Made by a program: the position numbers and the translations under genes. From the NCBI GenBank assembly GCA_963652025.1, contig CAVJRU010000003.1, positions 2,168-66,167 on the forward strand: DNA of 64,000 bases, read 5' to 3'. The DNA comes from a bacterium. GTDB lineage: Bacteria; Bacteroidota; Bacteroidia; Bacteroidales; UBA932. The notes under the pieces were generated by a model. That model ran no database searches. It had not been told where the DNA came from and worked only from the letters and a program-made list of their open reading frames with translations. Positions 43,791 through 51,133 of this stretch are shown in pieces; positions within the stretch are counted from its first letter, which is position 1, and every line of letters begins with the position of its first letter.

Positions 43791-44582
43791 ATGGGATATT
43801 TCAAAAATATACTCTTGATTGTAGCGGCTCTGGTTCTCTCCACTTCCTGCAAAGGGGGCGGAAAAGGGGCGGATAAGGCTCCTGTGAAGGCAAAGCAGTA
43901 TTCCGTTGATGTGGTGGCGACCTATCCCCACAGCACCTCCTCCTACACCCAGGGGCTCTTTTTCCACGACGGACACCTCTACGAGAGCACAGGTCAATAT
44001 GGAGAGTCGTTTTTCGCCGAAGTTGACCTTGAGAGCGGAAAGGCTCTGAGGCGTTTCGACCTTGACGGGAGATATTTCGGAGAAGGTTCTCAGATTTTCG
44101 ACGGGAAACTTTACCTTCTCACCTGGAGAAACTACGTGACTCTTATCTATGACAGCGAGTCCTTCCGTTTGCTGCGCACTGTCACCAACATCCGCGAGGG
44201 ATGGGGGCTCACGACAGACGGAAAGTCTCTGATAATGAGCGACGGAAGCTCAAACATCTACTTTCTGGACGCCGATTTCAAAGTTCAGAAAAGAATCGTT
44301 GTGAAAAACGGAAAGAAATCCGTCGGGATGCTGAACGAGCTGGAGTGGATTGACGGGAGGATTTGGGCGAATGTATATTTGACTGATAAGATAGTTATTA
44401 TAAATCCGGAAAACGGTGTTGTCGAGGGAGTTGTGGATTGCGAAGGCCTTCTGCCAGAGCAGCTTCGCACCCCCGAAACCGATGTGCTGAACGGCATCGC
44501 CTACAATCCCGCAGACGGGAAAATCTATCTTACCGGCAAGCTCTGGCCTCAGCTATATGAGGTCACTATAAAAGAAAAGTAA
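43791..44582 (+). CDS. Glutaminyl-peptide cyclotransferase (plant/bacterial beta-propeller type), lipoprotein
   Basis: 263 aa with lipobox LSTSCKG. It contains YTQGLFFHDGHLYESTGQYGES and LNELEWIDGRIWANV. Confidence 0.85.
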   Translation: MGYFKNILLIVAALVLSTSCKGGGKGADKAPVKAKQYSVDVVATYPHSTSSYTQGLFFHDGHLYESTGQYGESFFAEVDLESGKALRRFDLDGRYFGEGSQIFDGKLYLLTWRNYVTLIYDSESFRLLRTVTNIREGWGLTTDGKSLIMSDGSSNIYFLDADFKVQKRIVVKNGKKSVGMLNELEWIDGRIWANVYLTDKIVIINPENGVVEGVVDCEGLLPEQLRTPETDVLNGIAYNPADGKIYLTGKLWPQLYEVTIKEK

Positions 44583-44644
44583 TCCCTCAGGCGCTACAGC
44601 GCCACTTCCCCTACAGAAGAGAAGGGAGGGGTGTAAAAAGGAAA

Positions 44645-44728
44645 TAGCAGGGGTACTCGAAGCGTTGGCTTCGGGTTGAGATCATACCCATTGAACCTGA
44701 TGCGGTCAATACCGCCGAAGGGAATGCA
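44645..44728 (+). promoter_or_regulatory. TPP (THI-box) riboswitch aptamer
   Basis: AGGGGTAC...GGTTGAGATCATACCCATTGAACCTGATGCGGTCAATACCGCCGAAGGGAATGC matches the THI-element cores GGGGUnC, CUGAGA-like, ACCC, GAACCUGAU..GGnUAAUnCC and AGGGAA. It lies about 95 nt upstream of the receptor ATG. Confidence 0.85.
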
Positions 44729-44822
44729 CATATAATCTCATTGCGGAATCACGCGGCGACATTTTCCTGTCCCGCCGACATTCCGGCCCCTCGTATAGTA
44801 TTAATAACTAATTAATTGCTTT

Positions 44823-47273
44823 ATGCGAGGTTTTTTAATTTTAGCGGTGCTCGGCACCCTCATCCCGTCTGTCCCATCATTCTCGGCAGAGGGGGAAAAT
44901 CAAAAATCATCTTCCGAAATTGAAGAGGTGAACAACCGTCCCACCGGCGAAAATGCTGACGGAGAGCCGGTCAGGGTCGAGAAAATCGACAGCACAGTGA
45001 TTGTCGCAACCCGTGCAGGAGCCAAGACTCCGGTTACCTACACAATGATTCACAAGGACGCGCTCCTTAAATCCAACCCTCTGAACTCTCTTCCGATGAC
45101 CCTTTCGCTTCAGCCTTCGGTGGTCTCTGTCAACGAGGGCGGCACGGGACTCGGTTACTCCAAGATGACCATCCGAGGCAGCAAGGGCTCCCAGACCAAT
45201 GTTACTCTCAACGGTATAACTCTCAATGACTCGGAGTCTCAGGAGGTTTTCTGGGTGAACATCCCTTCTCTCACCTCCATTCTTTCCTCAGTGCAGCTTC
45301 AGAGGGGCCTCGGCACCTCGGCAAACGGCGCGGGAGCATTCGGCGCGAGCATAAATATGAGCACGGCCTCTGTCGGAGCTGACCCCTTCGCAAACGCCGA
45401 GGTGGGTTATGGCTCATACAACACCCTCACGTCCACAATTGCAGCCGGGAGCGGACTCACGAAATCCGGAGTCTATTTCAACGCAGCCTATTCCCACAAC
45501 TACACCGACGGCTACATCCGAAACGCCAAGGCAAACGTCCAGTCGGCTCTTGCGGTGTTGGGCTGGATGAATGAGAACAACTCGGTGAAGGCAACCTACC
45601 TTATGGGAAACCAGCACAGCGGCATCACCTGGAACGGAATTGACCTTGCCTCCTACGAGACTAACCGCCGCTACAACAGCGCCGGAGAATACTATGACTA
45701 TGCGAGGGCCGCTGACGGAAGCTATCTCACCGACAAGGACGGAAACAAGATGGTCCGTTCCACACTCTATTACGACAACGAGACCGACAATTACACCCAG
45801 CACCACCTTCAGCTCAACTACACCCATTCCTTCCCGTGCGGACTCCTTTGGAGCACCACGGCGAATTTTACCAAAGGCGACGGCTACTACGAGCAGTACA
45901 AGGCGGACAAGAAGTTCAAAAAATACGGTATGAAGGCATACGCGCCTGAAGGAGTTGCAACTTCTGACTTTATCATCCGCAAGGTTATGGATAACAACTA
46001 TTGGGTGGCAAAAACTGACCTCAGCTGGAAAAATGACCAGCTGGACCTCACGGGCGGCCTCAGCTGGTCACGCTACGGCGGAAACCACTTCGGAAGAGTC
46101 CTTTGGAGCCGGGAACTCGGCACAGACTGGACTGGCGCGGACGGAATGACCTACGACAAGTTCAATAGCGAAAATCTCTGGTATCTCAACCACGCCATCA
46201 AGCAGGAGTACAATGCCTATTTCAAGGCGGAATACAGCCCTCTGGAGTGGATGACGGCATATGTTGACCTTCAGCTTAGGGATGTCAACCTTTCTATGTG
46301 GGGCGTGGGCGACGACGACAACACCGATATGGGTTACAGCAACAACTGGCTGTTTTTCAATCCGCGTGCGGGCCTGAGTTTCAACTGGGGCGGCCACAAA
46401 GCCTACATCAGCGCCGCTCAGGGACACAGGGAGCCGGGCCGCTCTGACATAAAGGAGAATCTTGAGGCAGGAAAGGGCGGAGAAGTTCGCCCCGAGGAGA
46501 TGGTGGACGTTGAAATCGGCTACGAGTGGAGCTGCCCTGTCGCCGTGGTTTCAGCTAACCTCTATTTTATGGAATACTGGGATATGCTTTTGGACACTGG
46601 AAGGCTCTCCGACTCGGGCTATCCGATTAAAGACAACGTGGGCAGGGCCTACAGAAGGGGAGTGGAGCTCTCTGGAGCATACAACCCGTGGAAGTGGCTG
46701 AGCCTGAGCGCAAACCTCACCCTTAGCCTTAACAAGGTCCTGGACTATACGGAGACTTTCTCCCTTTGTGACGACAACGGCGAGGCCCTCTACGACGCCT
46801 CTTGGAAGCCGCTCCAGAAGGAGGTGGAATTTGGAAAAACGACGATGCTGATGTCGCCTTCCGTTGTGGGGATGGTTCAGCTCGGATTCACTCCGTTTGC
46901 AACGATTTGCAACAATTCTCTCAAAACTACGACTCTCTCCATCAACGGCAAATTCGTAGGCAAGCAGTACATCGACAACACCGAGTCTAATGACCGCGCA
47001 ATTCCGCGCTACTTCGTCTCCAATCTCTCCCTCACCCACGAGTTCGCGCTCGGGAAAAGGTCTGAAGGCGGAGCATTCGGCGGTGTCTTCGCTCACGGCG
47101 GAGCCATTCGTTTAGGCTTCTACATCAACAACCTCTTCAACAATCTTTACTACGCCGACGGAGCCGTCTGGAGCAAGGCCCTCAGGCAGAGCGACGGCGC
47201 AGACATCAGCAGCATAGGGGTATTCCCGCAGGCGCCGATTAACTTTATGGGTAAAGTCTCATTGAGTTTCTAG
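44823..47273 (+). CDS. TonB-dependent outer-membrane receptor (predicted thiamine/TPP-regulated)
   Basis: 816 aa with a signal peptide. The plug domain includes VIVATRAG...LQPSVVSVNEGGTGLGYSKMTIRGS and NVTLNGITLND. A long beta-barrel ends in ...KVSLSF. Confidence 0.9.
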   Translation: MRGFLILAVLGTLIPSVPSFSAEGENQKSSSEIEEVNNRPTGENADGEPVRVEKIDSTVIVATRAGAKTPVTYTMIHKDALLKSNPLNSLPMTLSLQPSVVSVNEGGTGLGYSKMTIRGSKGSQTNVTLNGITLNDSESQEVFWVNIPSLTSILSSVQLQRGLGTSANGAGAFGASINMSTASVGADPFANAEVGYGSYNTLTSTIAAGSGLTKSGVYFNAAYSHNYTDGYIRNAKANVQSALAVLGWMNENNSVKATYLMGNQHSGITWNGIDLASYETNRRYNSAGEYYDYARAADGSYLTDKDGNKMVRSTLYYDNETDNYTQHHLQLNYTHSFPCGLLWSTTANFTKGDGYYEQYKADKKFKKYGMKAYAPEGVATSDFIIRKVMDNNYWVAKTDLSWKNDQLDLTGGLSWSRYGGNHFGRVLWSRELGTDWTGADGMTYDKFNSENLWYLNHAIKQEYNAYFKAEYSPLEWMTAYVDLQLRDVNLSMWGVGDDDNTDMGYSNNWLFFNPRAGLSFNWGGHKAYISAAQGHREPGRSDIKENLEAGKGGEVRPEEMVDVEIGYEWSCPVAVVSANLYFMEYWDMLLDTGRLSDSGYPIKDNVGRAYRRGVELSGAYNPWKWLSLSANLTLSLNKVLDYTETFSLCDDNGEALYDASWKPLQKEVEFGKTTMLMSPSVVGMVQLGFTPFATICNNSLKTTTLSINGKFVGKQYIDNTESNDRAIPRYFVSNLSLTHEFALGKRSEGGAFGGVFAHGGAIRLGFYINNLFNNLYYADGAVWSKALRQSDGADISSIGVFPQAPINFMGKVSLSF

Positions 47274-47323
47274 GCATACCCCTATAGGGGTCGCAGACTC
47301 TGCGGGGGTTAAGGAATCTATAT

Positions 47324-47365
47324 GAGGGTGACCAAAAGTCAATTTTTGACTTTTTGGTCACCCTC
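47324..47365. terminator. 19-bp near-perfect palindrome terminator after the TonB-dependent receptor
   Basis: GAGGGTGACCAAAAGTCAA-TTT-TTGACTTTTTGGTCACCCTC has one bulged T and is followed by TTTTC. It is preceded by the small hairpins CCCCTATAGGGG and CGCAG-ACT-CTGCG. Confidence 0.7.
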
Positions 47366-47382
47366 TTTTCTATAAAATAAAG

Positions 47383-47390
47383 TATATTTG
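47383..47390 (+). promoter_or_regulatory. -7 box TATATTTG for the uvrA paralogue
   Basis: A TAnnTTTG match 38 nt upstream of ATG 47428. Confidence 0.4.
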
Positions 47391-47427
47391 CGTATGTGTG
47401 GAGTCAGTTTTTAATATTTATAAAATT

Positions 47428-49911
47428 ATGCAGCAGCCAGACAAAATCGAGATAAGGGGTGCGAGGGTGCACAACCTGAAAAATGTGGACGTGGACATCC
47501 CGCTTGGGAAGATTGTCGGCATTGCCGGCGTCTCCGGTTCCGGAAAATCATCACTCGCCCTTGGCGTCCTCTATTCCGAGGGCTCCAGACGCTATCTCGA
47601 ATCCCTTTCGACATACACGCGTCGCAGAATGACTCAGGCAGCCAAGGCCGATGTGGACGAGGTCCTCTATGTGCCTGCTGCCCTGGCTCTTCACCAGCGT
47701 CCCGGCATCCCCGGCATCCGCAGCACCTTCGGGACAGGCACTGAACTGCTTAACAGCCTCAGGCTGATGTACTCCCGCCTTGCCTCACATCGCTGCCCGA
47801 ACGGGCACTATCTGGAGCCGACATTGCTCGTCGCAGCGGGCAAAGAACTCGTCTGCCCCGAGTGCGGAGAGCATTTCTACGCCCCATCTGCCGAGGAACT
47901 TTCCTTCAACGGTCAGGGCGCCTGCCCCAGATGCAGCGGTACTGGTACGGTGCGCACGGTGGACGAGTCCACTCTGATTCCGGACGAAAACTTGAGTATT
48001 GACGACGGCGCCGTGGCTCCCTGGGGCTCGCTGATGTGGTCGCTGATGAAGGACGTGTGCAGGGCAATGGGAGTCCGCACCGACATACCATATAACAAAT
48101 TGACAGACAAGGAGAAAGATATAGTTCTTCACGGCCCCGCCGAGAAAAAGCACATTTTCTACCACCCAAAGGGAAGCAACGATGCCTGCGAACTTGATTT
48201 TACCTATTTCAATGCAGTCTACACCGTTGAAAACGCTCTGAGCAAGGTCAAGGACGAGAAGGGAATGAAGAGAGTGGAAAAATTCCTGCGCACAGAGGCT
48301 TGTCCGGACTGCGGCGGAAGCCGGCTTAGCGAACAGGCCAGGGCGCCTCGCTTGAGGGGACTTACTTTGGCCGAGGCCTGCTCTATGACGCTTTCTGAGC
48401 TGGTAGTTTGGGTGAGGGGCGTGCCCGAGACTCTTCCCTCCGAGATGCGGCCGATGGCGGAGAGCATCTGCGCCTCTTTCCAGGACACTGCCCGCCGGCT
48501 GATGGACCTAGGTATCGGCTATCTCGCCCTTGACCGCGCGGCTTCCACGCTTTCAACCGGAGAAAGGCAACGTATGCAGCTCTCCCGGGCCGTGCGAAAC
48601 CGCACTACGGGCGTGCTGTATGTGCTTGACGAGCCTTCGATCGGACTTCATCCGGCGAATATCGTCGGGCTCTGCGGAGTGATGGACGACCTGGTTGCGG
48701 ACGGAAATTCCGTGATTCTCGTTGACCACGACACGCAGATTCTCTCGAAGTCGGACTATCTTGTCGAGATGGGCCCGGGAGCCGGCTCGCAGGGCGGAAG
48801 TGTTATTGCGCAGGGAGGATTGGATGAAATACGGAAGAATAAGCAGTCGAAGATTGGACCTTTTCTCGGCGAGGAGGCTACAATGAGGGTCCGGGAGCCG
48901 ATTGACCAGGGCAAGATATTCAGCGAGGGGAGGATTCGGATGTCCACGGAAGCGATTCACACTGTGCACCCTTTGGATGTGGAGATTCCTCGCGGGAGGC
49001 TTACCGTCGTGACGGGCGTTTCAGGCTCCGGCAAGACGACGATGGTTCTGGAAAGTCTTGTGCCTGCGCTTCAAGCATTCTGTTCACATTCCGCTTTGCC
49101 GCGCCACGTGCGGTCGATTGAAGCGGAGGGCATCAGACAGGTCAAACTTATAGACGCTTCACCTATCGGCATCAATATCCGCTCTACGGTGGCGACTTAC
49201 GCGAATGTCCACGATGAGCTTCGCAAGGTGTTCGCAAAGACTCCCGAGGCTCGCAAACAGGGTCTCAAGGACGGCGATTTCTCGTACAATACCGGTAAGC
49301 TTCGCTGCCCGACCTGTGACGGCACGGGGGTGATAAGTCTTGACGTTCAATTCCTTCCGGACGTGGATGTGCCTTGTCCTGCCTGCCGCGGGTCGAGGTA
49401 CTCGCGTGCTGCGGAGAGTATCCGCAGGGAGAATGCCGCGGGAGAGTTTCATTCCCTGCCGGAGCTGATGGCTATGGACATAAATGATTCTCTTTGCGCT
49501 TGTGCGGACCTGAAGCTGATACGTCAGAGGATGCAGGTGTTGAAAGATTTGGGACTTGGCTATCTCACTCTGGGGGAGGAGACTCCGAGCCTGTCGGGAG
49601 GTGAGGCGCAGAGGCTGAAACTTGCGAGTGAAATGGGGCGCGGGCAGAGCGATTCGGTCTTTGTCTTCGATGAACCGACCATCGGTCTGCACCCTTTGGA
49701 TGTAATGAGTCTGCTGTCCGTATTCCAGAGCTTGATTGACCACGGGGCCACTGTGGTGGTAATCGAGCACGATTTGGACGTCATCAGAAACGCTGATTAT
49801 GTGATAGATATGGGCCCGGGCGGAGGTTCGCAGGGTGGCCGTATCGTAGCTTCCGGCACTCCCTCCGCCATCCGTTCGTGCCCGGAGAGCGTCACAGGAA
49901 AATTCCTATAG
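47428..49911 (+). CDS. uvrA: Excinuclease ABC subunit A paralogue (short, class II UvrA-like)
   Basis: 827 aa from MQQPDKIEIRGARVHNLKNVDVDIP (ATG 47428). It has two ABC ATPase modules (GVSGSGKSS, GVSGSGKTT; signatures LSTGERQR, LSGGEAQR) and zinc modules (CPECG, CPRCSG, CPTCDG, CPACRG). It is about 110 aa shorter than canonical UvrA. Confidence 0.85.
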   Translation: MQQPDKIEIRGARVHNLKNVDVDIPLGKIVGIAGVSGSGKSSLALGVLYSEGSRRYLESLSTYTRRRMTQAAKADVDEVLYVPAALALHQRPGIPGIRSTFGTGTELLNSLRLMYSRLASHRCPNGHYLEPTLLVAAGKELVCPECGEHFYAPSAEELSFNGQGACPRCSGTGTVRTVDESTLIPDENLSIDDGAVAPWGSLMWSLMKDVCRAMGVRTDIPYNKLTDKEKDIVLHGPAEKKHIFYHPKGSNDACELDFTYFNAVYTVENALSKVKDEKGMKRVEKFLRTEACPDCGGSRLSEQARAPRLRGLTLAEACSMTLSELVVWVRGVPETLPSEMRPMAESICASFQDTARRLMDLGIGYLALDRAASTLSTGERQRMQLSRAVRNRTTGVLYVLDEPSIGLHPANIVGLCGVMDDLVADGNSVILVDHDTQILSKSDYLVEMGPGAGSQGGSVIAQGGLDEIRKNKQSKIGPFLGEEATMRVREPIDQGKIFSEGRIRMSTEAIHTVHPLDVEIPRGRLTVVTGVSGSGKTTMVLESLVPALQAFCSHSALPRHVRSIEAEGIRQVKLIDASPIGINIRSTVATYANVHDELRKVFAKTPEARKQGLKDGDFSYNTGKLRCPTCDGTGVISLDVQFLPDVDVPCPACRGSRYSRAAESIRRENAAGEFHSLPELMAMDINDSLCACADLKLIRQRMQVLKDLGLGYLTLGEETPSLSGGEAQRLKLASEMGRGQSDSVFVFDEPTIGLHPLDVMSLLSVFQSLIDHGATVVVIEHDLDVIRNADYVIDMGPGGGSQGGRIVASGTPSAIRSCPESVTGKFL

Positions 49912-50031
49912 GCGCTGCGGGTTGTAGAATTGGGGATTTATTTATAAATTTGTTGGATTTCGTTTTCTTGTGGGGACGGGTTTTGAATTGAAGTGGGGTT
50001 GTGTTTAGGCGAATTAGTGTTAATGGCAGCG

Positions 50032-51129
50032 ATGATTTATCGGGAAATTGTTTTTAATCATACATTTGATTTTGAGGCGGGGGGAAGCCTTCCTTCGCTG
50101 AAGGTCGCTTTTCACACTTCGGAGGGAACTCCTCTGGGGCGGAAGGTGATTTGGATTTGCCACGCCCTCACGGCGAATTCCGACCCCGAGGACTGGTGGA
50201 ACGGAATGGTGGGCGAGGGGAAAGTGATTGACCCCAAGAAGTATTTTGTCGTCTGCGTCAATATGCTCGGCTCCTGCTACGGCTCCAGTGGGCCATCATC
50301 GCTTCGCGGGCCAGGGTTTAGACCCTCACCCGAGACTTCACTTGGAGGCCCATCTTCGGTGAGCGTTGCGCCTCAGAGCGATTCTCTTCCATATCTTCTT
50401 GATTTTCCTAAGGTTACCGTGCGGGATATGGTTCGGGCCAACATCCTTGTGAGAAAGAGCCTCGGGATTTCGCGGGTGGATTTTCTTCTTGGAAGTTCCA
50501 TCGGCGGGTTTCAGGCTGTGGAGTGGCTGGTTATGGAGCCGTCAGTGATAGGGGAGGCGCTTCTTATGGCAACTTCCTCACGCATTACCCCGTGGATCAG
50601 CGCCTGGGAGGAGGCTCAGAGGCTATGTCTAGAGGCTGACCCGACCTTCCGCCATCCGGAAACTTTGAAAAACCCGCTTCGGGGCGGACACGATGGCCTG
50701 AAGGCGGCGCGCGCCGTTGCAATGCTTTCTTACCGCAGCTACGAGGGCTACAACCGCACCCAGGCTGAGCCATCCGAGGACGCGCTTTTTGCGCAGAGGT
50801 CGCCTTCCTATCAGCGTCACCAGGGAGATAAACTTGCAGACAGATTCGACGCCTACTCCTACTATTCGCTTTCCCGCAGCGTGGACAGCCAGAATGTCGG
50901 AAGGGGCAGAGGCGGAGTGGGTGCAGCGCTTGGAACTGTGACTGCGCGCACGACCGTGGTCGGAATTGACAGCGACTGCTGCTTCCCGCCTTCCGAGGTG
51001 AGGGAAATGTCGCAGGCTATCCCCGGAGCAGAATACAGGGAAATCACCTCAGCCTTCGGGCACGACGGCTTTCTGCTTGAATATGAGCAGATTGGCGCAA
51101 TCATAACTGAAATTTTGAATAGAATATAA
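50032..51129 (+). CDS. metX: Homoserine O-acetyltransferase
   Basis: It contains NMLGSCYGSSGPSS, the nucleophile elbow GSSIGG, and ...SAFGHDGFLLE. The start is uncertain (ATG 50023 or 50032; the track start 49993 is GTG). Confidence 0.85.
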   Translation: MIYREIVFNHTFDFEAGGSLPSLKVAFHTSEGTPLGRKVIWICHALTANSDPEDWWNGMVGEGKVIDPKKYFVVCVNMLGSCYGSSGPSSLRGPGFRPSPETSLGGPSSVSVAPQSDSLPYLLDFPKVTVRDMVRANILVRKSLGISRVDFLLGSSIGGFQAVEWLVMEPSVIGEALLMATSSRITPWISAWEEAQRLCLEADPTFRHPETLKNPLRGGHDGLKAARAVAMLSYRSYEGYNRTQAEPSEDALFAQRSPSYQRHQGDKLADRFDAYSYYSLSRSVDSQNVGRGRGGVGAALGTVTARTTVVGIDSDCCFPPSEVREMSQAIPGAEYREITSAFGHDGFLLEYEQIGAIITEILNRI

Positions 51130-51133
51130 ATAT

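Noticed and set aside
44583-44640. GC-rich words after the cyclase stop (GGCGC-TACA-GCGCC; CCCCT...AGGGAGGGG), considered as another copy of the 7431-7553 element.
   Set aside because: There is only a 5-bp hairpin and loose word similarity, with no long closing stem. It is probably just the terminator of the upstream gene, ahead of the riboswitch promoter.
49945-50031. The G/U-rich metX leader after a TAAATTTG box (49945-49952), considered as a SAM riboswitch.
   Set aside because: I could not recognise SAM-I, SAM-II or SAM-I/IV core motifs or a convincing pseudoknot by eye. A cmscan would be needed, so I make no claim.
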